64,000 nt of DNA from Schizochytrium sp. TIO01 (lineage: Eukaryota; Protista; Bigyra: Labyrinthulomycetes), in the NCBI GenBank assembly GCA_004764695.1, contig SMSO01000007.1:992001-1056000 (forward strand). Direction: 5' to 3'. A model generated the notes under the pieces. The model saw only the letters and a list, made by a program, of their open reading frames with translations. It was not told where the DNA came from and searched no databases. How positions within the stretch are numbered: the stretch's first letter is position 1; the number at the start of each line of letters is the position of its first letter. Positions 13,245 to 24,238 of the stretch are shown piece after piece. The position numbers and the translations under genes are program-made.

Positions 13245-14210
13245 ATGCTGGGTTCCATCGCAAGATCTGGAATGAAGTCTGCCACACCCGTGGGCGCAGC
13301 AGCTGCTGCATCGGTTGTGGACCACTCCACTGGCAGCATCCCTGCCAGCCCTGTGCGCAACAGCAGCCTCGCCGCAGGCAGTGCGGCAGCTGCCTCGCCC
13401 TCTCCAATCTCTCCTCTCGATGATCGCTTTGTACCCGAGCTTGTGATCTTCGACAAGGATGGAACTCTCATTGACTTCAAGTACATGTGGGGCCAATGGG
13501 CTGAGAAGCTCTGTGTGCGCCTTGAGTCTCAAGGCCACATGAACGAGGACGCCATGATTCTGTTCAAACAAGCTCTTGGCTACGACTCTTCCACTGGTAT
13601 GGTGCACAACCGAAGCCCCCTGTGCTGCTCTCCTATGCGCAATATTGAGAGCATCTGCATTGACTTTGTGCACTCCCACCTCGGATCTCACCGTGACCAT
13701 GCTGTGGCCTCCATTCGTGATGCCTGGCACATGCCTAACCCTGAGACTGACACCAGGGCCCTCACTGACCTCCACGACCTCTTTACGTTCTTGAAGAACG
13801 ACCGTGGCTCCAAGATTGCCGTCTGCACCACTGATGACCGTGGCGTCACCCTCCAGACGCTCAAGTGGCTCAAGATCGACCATCTTGTGGACCTTGTTCT
13901 CTGCGGTGATGAGGAGCACTGCGCACCTAAGCCTAGCCCTGAGCAGATTTACCATATCTGCGAGCAGCTTGGTGTTGACCCGCGCAACACCGTCATGGTT
14001 GGTGACACCATCACTGACATGAGCATGGGCCACGCCGCCGGCGTTGGTCTTCGCATTGGCATTCCCAACGGTGCTGGCTCCATTGAGGACTTGTCACAAC
14101 ATGCTGACTTCATCCTCCCCTCCATGCACAACTTCAAGCGCGTATTCCAGCAGCTCACCATCCCTGCCCCTGGCAAGCGCCTCCCTCAGCAGGATGAGAG
14201 GGAACAGTAA
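13245..14210 (+). CDS. HAD-superfamily hydrolase (phosphoglycolate phosphatase-like)
   Basis: Motif I VIFDKDGTL, motif II VCTTDD, motif III PKPSP, motif IV MVGDTITD; strong C-ending codon bias; Ser/Ala-rich N-terminal extension. Confidence 0.92.
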   Translation: MLGSIARSGMKSATPVGAAAAASVVDHSTGSIPASPVRNSSLAAGSAAAASPSPISPLDDRFVPELVIFDKDGTLIDFKYMWGQWAEKLCVRLESQGHMNEDAMILFKQALGYDSSTGMVHNRSPLCCSPMRNIESICIDFVHSHLGSHRDHAVASIRDAWHMPNPETDTRALTDLHDLFTFLKNDRGSKIAVCTTDDRGVTLQTLKWLKIDHLVDLVLCGDEEHCAPKPSPEQIYHICEQLGVDPRNTVMVGDTITDMSMGHAAGVGLRIGIPNGAGSIEDLSQHADFILPSMHNFKRVFQQLTIPAPGKRLPQQDEREQ

Positions 14211-16066
14211 ATTCGATCATCAATATCAAACCACCACCAAACAGTACGAGTCATTCAATTGACTCACTGACCGTCTGATTCATTTGTGATTGATAAATTG
14301 TTCCCTGGATATGATGAAGGGATTATCCCTAGCCAATCCGAACCCTCACACGCATTTGAAGCCCACGCAGTTCCTCATCCCCTCGATTAATTTCCACATC
14401 GACTTTACATCAAACATGCCTCCCCGTGTCTGAAAACACCGCATGGGACCGCGTGGACCCTTGCCATGCCTCTGCTCTCAGAAAGAGAATTCTTTCTCTC
14501 CTGCTTTTACAAAAGCTAACCCGACGGCCAGATAGAGCACTGCCTTGGCACAAGCAAAAAACGAATGTAGTGAATACGTGCTGCTTGTGCCCTTTTATGC
14601 AGACAGCAAGATGATGTGTGCGCATGGGAATCATTTGCATTCTCATAAGCGCCTCGTAATCTACGTCGTGAACATGTATTGCGCCTCGCTTTGTTCATGA
14701 TGCGTTGTAGATTTGTAAGCCAGATAGTTTTTACCATTATTTCCCTGCGCACGCTTGTTTGTCTTGCATCATCCTGCTCGACTTCGATGCGCATTCTCTC
14801 TTTTTTTCTCTTTTCATCATTCCTTCCCATGTTCCATCACAGCAACCATCTACTTCGCCGCCCATCATCCTGTTAATGCTCTCTTCTACTTCTGTTTAGC
14901 CGTTCTGTAAACACATGTCCTGATGTCTTTCTTTCTTTCCTTTCTTGGCTTGCTAGTGATCTCTAGAGTAATAAAGGGTAAATACTATTCTGGCTACTTT
15001 CATGTAGTATTGATGATTTCAACGAGCCTATTCAAGGAGTGATTTGTTTAGGCTTGCATTTTGACCCCAAGCCTAAGAGATTTTTAAATAAATTATTATC
15101 TGTGGCTACTTAGTTAGAGTTGAGCCTACTACATAAATTCGTTCATGTTTGTAAGTACTCAAACATGAATTTGCTCTACTTGGGTATTAATTCTCTCTCG
15201 TCTCTGACAAGTTTGTTTGCATTGATGTTTTTGTCCTGTCCTATTTGGCTTGGGGGACTACATTTGTCCAAAATTGAACCTTAATTTTCTTCACAAGAAA
15301 CGCAGAAAGCATAAAATTAAGCTCTTTTGAAAAGAAAATCCGCATTGATCAATTTTACAATGGCCATCGGGGAATTATGACATAATGATGATAATCTCTT
15401 GATTTGCATCCCATAATTTTCTCCAACCTTTCAACCTTAAACCATCCACATTCAGTGCATAATCACCGCTTCTTTTTACTCTTGATATTTTAATACATAT
15501 CAAGATGTATATGCTCTATGAATACCTTTAGTTCTTCAGCATCTTGTCGAGATATAGCTTGTATTCGATAGCAATAGGCACAGCTTTATCTCCTTAAATT
15601 TTCAGATGGAGTCGTGATAGTCCATCTACCGATCATCCATCGAGGTAGGCAAATCTCTAGAACCTCATCATTGTTATTATCGCCGCCCGGTGACTACTTC
15701 ATGACGCAAAGAAAAAAGAAAAGTAGTAGCTACTGTCTGTTGTTTCCTGTCGTAGATCTACTCCTCACCAAAAGATCATTCGTTTATTCTTGCTCATTTC
15801 CCCACCACTTGTCGTTACTCGATTTCACCTCTAATGTATGTTTTCTAATTTATATTTGTCTTGTTGACTACGTATTGCCACAATCAAGAGCAAAAGTTGA
15901 CGATCTATTGACACGCATCTGATTTGATTCTCATCCTTGAATCTACTTTCGCATCCTTGACGCTGCAACGTTGACCCCATCATCCGCCAATAAAATCCTC
16001 CAATACCTAATTCATTTAACCAAAGGGCCATTTACCCTAGGAGTTGTCATAGAACTCTTACCTCTT

Positions 16067-16430
16067 GTTGACTGACGCAAATCAACTTTCTCATGAACCG
16101 CAAGAACCTTTCGGCAAAACTCAGTGAGTACTAGCTCCTTCATCCTCAGCAGCAGCAGTAGGAGCATAGCAGCTGCAACAGCTGCAACCACAACTACTGC
16201 AATAGTAATTGCCAGCCCAACCTATTCACCAAACCCTACCCTATATCCAGAGGCAAGGGCAAAGCAACTAGGCCAGACGTCCATCGAGCTTGCCCTTCTC
16301 GCGAGACTTCGTCTTGTGTTTTAGTCGTCGTGAATTAGTCATCAATCGTCCTATCATATAGGCTACCTAGCATCTACTACTAAGAGTTGACTGACGCAAA
16401 TCTCTTTCTTAGTGAATCGCAAGTGACTTT
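16067..16430. repeat. Two diverged copies of a ~45-bp element starting GTTGACTGACGCAAATC (16067 and 16386)
   Basis: 17-nt identical core followed by similar tails (tttctcatgaaccgcaagaacctttcgg vs tttcttagtgaatcgcaagtgacttttgg). Confidence 0.6.
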
Positions 16431-17341
16431 TGGTACTTATCCGGTCAGTCCCAGCCGAGTCCAATGCAGAATTGGGTCACGAAATCGCAGTCAAAACTGC
16501 GATATTGCCCAACAATGAAGGGAAGACTATGGCCGAAATGGTCTCTGCGTAGCAGCAGAAGGTGCTTCTTGAGCGCTAGTGAAAAGTTTCGAGGTCCATG
16601 GCTGTTTTAAGCTCTCGAGCGCCGTCGATGCTCCACGCATTTGGAATGACCTCGTTTGCGCGTTTGCGCATCATAAGAGCATCGAAAATACGCAACTACC
16701 TCTGACGTAGAAAATTGCCTTGGGTAGACCCAAAGCAGCAGCAAACCCCGAATGTGGATTCGGGCGCTCAGCAGAAGGGCTGCTAGGCGCAACGGGGGCT
16801 CGACTCGCTGAGCATGCGGATGCCGGCGGATACTTCGATGGGTGGTGGAGACTTGTACTTTATGTGGACGCACGGGATGACAGTGGCGCCAGAATGATGG
16901 GACTGCGCGACGCTGTGGACTTTATTGTGGATTGAGAAAGCAACCTTCGTGCGGGCAGGGACCGAGGAGGACCTGCCTGCCTCTGTGGACGATTAGGGCA
17001 GATGACGGGACGGACACGGATATCAGAGCTACTAGGACGTTTTCATCGGGCATCTTTAAATAGGGCAGCATAAATTTCACTCGGAGAACGATGGGCAATT
17101 TGATGATGAAAGAGACTTTTCACCAAATAATTACTGGTTGCTTTGTTTAGGTACCGACCAAGCCTACAACTGAAATTAAGCTTCATCCTTATCATAGGTA
17201 GAAAAATTAAATTCGTTAGGGTAGAACTGGTATATGGAGCAAGTACTCTCACTTGTTCTCTAGGTCATATTAGTGTAGTGCTAATCTATACTAGGTTCTA
17301 CATAAGTTCTTGTCGAATATTTACTACTACTTACTGTACAC

Positions 17342-17585
17342 TGGTATATTACCTAGACATTAGGAGCAAGCCACCGTTCAAGGCATACGTCGGATTGCTA
17401 TCTGGATTATCAAATACTTCAGGGATGATGGCTTCATAGAGGATAATGCTGTGCATATCTGCACATTGGTATATTACCTAGACATTAGGAGCAAGCCACC
17501 GTTCAAGGCATACGTCGGATTGCTATCTGGATTATCAAATACTTCAGGGATGATGGCTTCATAGAGGATAATGCTGTGCATATCT
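17342..17585. repeat. Tandem direct duplication: 119-bp identical copies (17342-17460, 17467-17585), period 125 bp
   Basis: tggtatattacctagacattaggagcaagcc...gctgtgcatatct occurs twice, separated by gcacat. Confidence 0.93.
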
Positions 17586-20500
17586 CATGTGAAGAACATG
17601 TCAAGTGAATGGTCTTATATTGTAGTCTTACATGGGTTTAGTGTAGCTTAGACACGCTTCCCGACCAATTTGGCTCTAGAATCAAACTTCAGGCGACGCT
17701 TGATATCCATTGAGGAATGGTTGGCAGGGCTCAACAACTCTTCTTCTAAAGGGCGTGAAGAAAATTGTTGGGTCTGACCTGTAGCAACCATCTTTTTTTC
17801 ATCTTGCTTTATTTTCTAGGAAAGGTAAAATAAAAGGATTGACCTTGTGTAGGCAATCTGAGGACTACCTACGAAAAGTCAATCTCATCTGGGCTTGTCA
17901 TTCCTAGTATACGGAGGAAATCCTCAGGAATAAATGGACGCTGTTTTACATTTCAGCAGTGTAGGCATGTCCAAGTTAGCATGCGAAGAGAGAATGCAAT
18001 GTCAGAGATATGTTCTCGTTCTTAGCGAAAACTAGCAGCATTGTAAGATGGAAATATTCTTGTACTTAAGCGCCTGGTTTGCATCCATGCGAAGTTTTCT
18101 CACTTGAGAATACATGCAGGTGTTGTTGACCGAATACAGTGAGGTAGCGGGAAAGATCCGTGCCTGCTGGAAGGCATATGTGGATGAATCCCTGCAGTAC
18201 TTGGTGATCTTAGGAAAGGTTACTGAGTAGTGATGCCTTCCTAATGTGGAAAGCTCTAGATTAAATATCTTGTGGGCTTGTTGAACAAAATTCACTTAGG
18301 CCCAGGATCAGAGAATAAGTGGAACTCATTGCTGTGGCTCCAGGTTCATCATTCACTGGCTCCTCCTAACAGTAGAGCCCCTATGCCTTGGTGCATTGTG
18401 GTATACTATTGTGTGGCTTATCACTAGTGTGAACCGGTGCATTGCCTATGATCAAGGGATTCGTCTATTTTGGCTCCAGGTATTGTGTCCAAAGACTTGT
18501 GACACATCAAGTGTTCTGCTGGGTTGGTGGATCTTACGACTTCTATCGTGGAATTTTCCTTGGTGCTTGATATCCTGGCTAACTCACTTGCTAGACCCCT
18601 CTATACTTTGGAGATTTTTCTCAGTGTAGAGCAGACGTAAACTCAGCTTGAAGTATGAAGGAATTGAGACTGCATGCATATTGCCTTCCCACGCCTCGGA
18701 TATCTTCTTGGTAAGATGTGGTTTTCAGCTTGCAATGCAACTGTGGAGTGCTGGGTCTAGATCCTTGAGGTGCATCTTGGAGTCATTGATGCTTTTATCT
18801 ATATGTGCATCTTAAACTTGCAGCATACATGGCCAATCATCAAATAGGCAAAACCAACTCCGTTTCCTAGAATATTTGGTGAACATTGGCTTGAAGCAAA
18901 CTAAAATTTCCCTTGATTGATACTTGATAGTTGGTGACCTTTAGATTTGATATTACGACGACTGGTGAACTTGTTCACAGTTCGCTATCCGATGATATTG
19001 TAGTTTATCCCGGTTCGCTATGTTCATTTAGAGTACCTCCTCTTTTCTTGACTCTTAAGAACCTGACTATTTGATCAGAAAACCATTATTTCCCTTCAAT
19101 GTAAGTAGGGTACAATGGCAAGCATCGAGCTACGAGAAACTTGAGAATGACATAAAAATCATCTTGACCAACTGAACCCTTGAACGCCTGAAGTGCTGTA
19201 TCAAAGCATTAGTTAATTGACTTGCAAATGTGAAGTTAGCTTGGCCACTTTGTTGTGAAAATGGTCACAAATTGTGCGAATGAAATTCATACTTTATATA
19301 CGATAGAAAGCCAGAAGAAAACCCTGTCCTGAAAGTTGATACTTGTTACGAGTGATGTTGAGTCAAAAACATGATGTTAAGAGTTTTGAATGCGAGTGGA
19401 ACTGCTTGTAGAAGGCACGATGGTTGATTTGTATATATAAACCTACCGATTATTCTCCTTTGAGTTGAATTTCAAGGAACACTATGATCTGAAGTTTATC
19501 TTCGACCTAGTCATTGCTTGCGGATGTGAAAGAAGACCAGTCATTTATATGAAATCATCAGTTCAAGCTTCGTCAAGCTGCATTCTATGCAATGCTTAAG
19601 CGAGTGGCTCGAGCACTCAGCTTAAGTCTTGACTACCGTCAACTAGAATGCAGTTGATTAAGTAATGTTGTCCCAGGTCTTTTGTTTCCAAAAATTAATC
19701 AAAGTCTCTTGCTCCTCCGATTATACATTTCACTTTGTATAATACACGACAGTACTAACTGCTACCTCATCGACAAACATTTGTTTTGAAATCTATCTTT
19801 TTCAAAAACAAAAAAAACACCTGTGAATTTCTCAAGGACCCAGATTATAACACAGAAGTCGTAGTTTGTGAGGACCGGGTTGATAATTTTTCTTCTTTTC
19901 TTTTTGGACGAGGAGGAGTTGGAGGGAGTGCATCTGCCATCATATCGCTTAGGCCTGATTAAAATAATACAAAGATTAATTCACTAAGAAGAGTTGCTCA
20001 TTCGAATGTTGCGTTGATTAAGAAGACAATCTGTTTGTTCACCAACCTAAAAATACTCCGGTACGTTTCCATTATAAGCTTGACTCAAGTTAAGTTTGAA
20101 TACTATGCAAGTTATAACTATATGTAAGATAATGCGCACTTCAGCTGGTGATATTCGTTTTCTTAATCACCCTAACCTATCAGCTTATGCTGACCAGATG
20201 ATTGTCCTACTATATCTGTTAGGGAACCAGTTGTTGCTAAAGCACCTAATCAGCTCTGGGAGACTTAGGCATGACGCTTTGAAAGTATCGTGAAGACTCC
20301 AGAAGTCATTGCATACTTGGGCTTTTAGAATTTGCGGCTGACTGGACCTTTGAGATGAATATCAAGGTGGACTAATATGATAATCCATATTAGAATTACA
20401 GATTTCTAAAAGAGATAAGGTAAACTACTTTCCTCAGCTTCTCGCATTCGTTTTGCCAGGATACTCATATTTGAGTTTATTGACCTCGAATTTGGTACCT

Positions 20501-22676
20501 TACTGTCGAATCCTTACGTAATACAACTCCGAATATATTAGGCCATAGACTAGCGAGACATCAACTCTGGTGATCTCCTTTCTAACCCCTTCATTTGGTG
20601 ATTCAAACAGCTATTCTCTAGCAATCCCTTCAAGGGACTACTATACAAGCATTTAAAGAGATGTTTTCTTCGAGAATATGTCATGGTGCAACGTTCTGAT
20701 TTGGTACAATGTATTAAACTGCTTCAGAATTCAGTGGTGTATCATCCTTGCGAGGAAAAAACAAGAACTCCTCGGTTTCTTTTTTGCCAATCCTATGTTT
20801 TTTGGGCTAAGTACAAATTCATGAAGGGGCATTTCTTTTTAGCAGCCTCTTTCCTCTCATTAAATATGGAGAAATGCCACAGCTTAACCTCTCTGCAACG
20901 AAAAAGCGCATCAGATATAAACCCTTGTATTCTTCGAATGTTCCAAGCTCTGCCTACATATCTTAGACTGCATGACAAACTTTGATGTTGACTTTTCGCA
21001 GCAATATCAACATTTTGAGCTCACACGGGTTCTAAGCATCACCTTGAAACAACTAATGAACTGAATGACGTAAATTATGTAAGAACGGAGCCAAATAGAA
21101 ATGTGAAATGTCTTGCCTGACCAAGGGATAGGGGTAGGGGGTGAAGGATATTTGCACGACGACTCTAAGCTAATATTCGAGTCCAGGGCTCCTAGAAGCG
21201 GACATACATTTGATTGCAGGGCTAGAAAGAATGAATATAGTATTAAAATATTCTACCTTTAGAATAAAAAAAAATAAAAAATAAAGAGCCTTGTAAAAAA
21301 GTCTATATAGCTTTTACCAAGTAGGCCTAGACTTCTCAGCTGATATTACAAAAGAATAAATTCTTTTGAAAATGTCGAACTTAAAATTATAGTTTGACCT
21401 TACCCTAATCTAGCCAGTGAACTCAACCCATGCTATGAAGATCACTTAATTGAAGGATCCAGAGCGTTTTCAGGGGAGTCCTTAGCTTCTTTACTCTTCG
21501 TGGTAATTCAAAGTTGTTAAAGCTACTAGCAACAGTCTGGCGATTCCAGGGGACTTCATGTTCAGGCTGAAATAATAATCGGCAAGAATGTAGTCAAATG
21601 GGTAAGTAAGCTATCGAGCTGACGAAGGTCTTCAGTGCATACATTTTCTGAACTCAATTCAAGAGTACAGGCCTGTTATTTGAAAGTTGACATCAGAGAT
21701 TGCAAGGTTCAGTTAGTCATTCGCCCTTTTTACAAATTGTAATAGCATTCATTCTCTACTTTTGACAAGGAGGGGGAGGATTATTTCAGACTTTAAGCAT
21801 CGGAAATGACAGCGATCAGAGAATTGTAGTCATTTGGTTGCCACACGGCTTTAGGAGTCTCGGCCCAAGGTTTTCTTCATCACATCGCATATCTTTTTCC
21901 ATGCTTTTTACCAAACTCCTTAGCGATAGGCCGTTTACCTGCCCTCAGCAGATAGGCTCTATACGCCAATGAACTTGTCAATGTCTCATCCTTCATTTAA
22001 ACTCACGTACCAGTATGACTAGGCCCATAAATCAATGACCGTGTCTCGAGCCTCAACAGGTTTGAGATCATATTGATCACCGATGGAGCAACAGCAAGTG
22101 CAGCTCAGCTGATGCATGCATGTAGACAAACACAGCAAAGCAGCGGCTTAGCGCTGTAGTTCACGACCCAAACATGGTCTGCCGTCACGAGCTTATCTCT
22201 TAGTCCAGACCACCAAAGGAGTTTGGGGTCTGCTGATGGGTCTGAGCGATTGATCAGGATGAATCATTCATTGGTACTGTCAATGATTCCTTCCATATTG
22301 CAAACAAGATCAGTGGCTAGTAGAATGTATACATAAATGTTAACATTAGAGCCGTTGAATGCGCGACTTCGCGAAGTACGAGAATGGGACTTATTCGAGC
22401 CCAGGACCAATATCGCTTCACGCGAGGGACGAAGACTAGCTTGCCGTGCATAGTCAACTAGGCGCAGACTTGTGCTGCACATCCTTGTGGAGGAACTGAA
22501 ATTGCCAGTTCTGGTCTTCTTTGGGGAAAGTTGTTACGCGCGCTCGCTTGCTTGCTCTGGTTATCCTAACGGCCCGTGAGTTTGTAAAGCGGTGCCCAGG
22601 AAAGCATACTTGAATCGATTGCTTGTATTAGCGCCTTCGTGAAGACCACCCATCGTGGAAAGACAGATCAGCAAAC

Positions 22677-24092
22677 ATGGTGGGCATTGATATGACGAAG
22701 CAGGCGCTTCGCGAGTCATGCGAGAAAAATAAGCTTTATAGGACTGCTAGACTCAATGACAAGTTGTACTTACATTACAAGGGCTGGAAAAAGATTGAAA
22801 ACCTTGATGAATACACAGGCCTGAAGGTACTGTGGCTTGAAGGTAATGGCTTGCTCAAGATCGAGGGCCTCGAACACCAGAAAGAGCTCCGGACATTGTA
22901 CTTACACGAGAACGTAATTGAAAAGATTGAGAACTTGGAGAGTCAGGCCAACTTAGACACACTTAACTTGGCCCAGAATTTCATCGAAAAGATTGAAAAT
23001 CTTAGCCATATGAAAGAACTCAAAACTTTGCTGTTACCCCAGAACAAGCTGAAGGAGCTCGAAAATCTTCGAGAAATTGTTAATTTGCCCGAACTATCAT
23101 GCCTCGACATTCAAAAGAATAAAATTGAAGATCCTGCCATTCTGGATCTCTTGGAAAAGTGCAACAAGCTCTCTGTACTCTACTTGCAAGGCAACCCATG
23201 CGTTAAGCATATCCGCTTTTACCGTAAAACTATGATCGCTCGCATCAAGACGCTCAAGTATCTCGATGATCGTCCAGTGTTTCCCGAAGAACGACTTCGA
23301 GCTGAAGCATGGTGCCGAGGACTTGTTGAGGGTGGTGTTGAAGCCGCTCGCGAGAGTGAAAAAGCAGAGCTTGATCGCCAGCGTAAGGAGAAACGTGAAA
23401 AGGAAGAAGCTAATTTCCGTGCTTTTGAGAAAATGATGCTTGAAGGCAAGCGCATTCGTGAGGAGCGTGAAGCTGCACAGCGTGCCGCAGAGCAAGCAGC
23501 TGCTGGAGCGAGTGCCCCTGTTGTGCCTCCTACGGCCCCAGAGAATGCATCGATCGAAACAGGCGTTGAAGTTTCTCTACAAGAACCGCTTGCTGATGCC
23601 GTCGCTGCCCCTGTCGCTCCTCCGGTAGTACCTTCTGCTGCTCAAGTGAACCCCTTCTCTGGAGAGAAGATCATTTCCTTGCCTGAGAACCCTGAAAGCA
23701 AAGCTTTCCGAGAGGATCAATTACGTCGTGCTCAAGAGCGAGCTGCTAAAACTGAAGTAGGAAATGCTGCATCTCAAGACGCTGTGGCGAATTCCGAAGC
23801 CCCAACACCTGAACAAGAGGAAGAAGAGGAGGTCAAGGATAACGACAAAGAGGACAGCACTGACTGTTCGAGAGTCGCGACCACTGCTACTGATCAATCC
23901 AAGGAAGACGTTATTCTGGAAAAGGATAATACAATCCCCAAGTCCAGCGCTGCAGCTGCACCATGCCCTCCACCTCTTGAAGAGGCCTCGGCTGTGCAAA
24001 CTGTTAGTTCTAAGATGGCTAGCCAGCAATGCACTGATACCAGTGAAGACGCACGCGATGATTCTGGTGCTGGATTTGATGAGCTCGACTAA
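22677..24092 (+). CDS. DNAAF1: Dynein axonemal assembly factor 1 (ODA7/LRRC50), leucine-rich repeat protein
   Basis: [40 protein letters not shown]-terminus, SDS22-type LRRs, LRRcap [25 protein letters not shown], acidic disordered tail. Confidence 0.92.
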   Translation: MVGIDMTKQALRESCEKNKLYRTARLNDKLYLHYKGWKKIENLDEYTGLKVLWLEGNGLLKIEGLEHQKELRTLYLHENVIEKIENLESQANLDTLNLAQNFIEKIENLSHMKELKTLLLPQNKLKELENLREIVNLPELSCLDIQKNKIEDPAILDLLEKCNKLSVLYLQGNPCVKHIRFYRKTMIARIKTLKYLDDRPVFPEERLRAEAWCRGLVEGGVEAARESEKAELDRQRKEKREKEEANFRAFEKMMLEGKRIREEREAAQRAAEQAAAGASAPVVPPTAPENASIETGVEVSLQEPLADAVAAPVAPPVVPSAAQVNPFSGEKIISLPENPESKAFREDQLRRAQERAAKTEVGNAASQDAVANSEAPTPEQEEEEEVKDNDKEDSTDCSRVATTATDQSKEDVILEKDNTIPKSSAAAAPCPPPLEEASAVQTVSSKMASQQCTDTSEDARDDSGAGFDELD

Positions 24093-24238
24093 TAAAACAA
24101 ACATCATGCTTTTCTAATGTATAATGTATAAAATTGAGTTATTCTCAACCTTGCAAAAAAGAAGAAAAAAGGCGAACAATGGACTTTTAAAATCAGCGTT
24201 TGACACGCGGTCTATGTTTTAGATCAACTTGAATCCAC

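Noticed and set aside
13047-14033. 328-aa antisense ORF over the HAD gene
   Set aside because: Expected by-product of strong codon bias on the opposite strand; no motifs
16840-16900. CTLCGRTG*QWRQN resembling a gag zinc knuckle
   Set aside because: The His and last Cys positions are missing, and no other retroelement features are nearby
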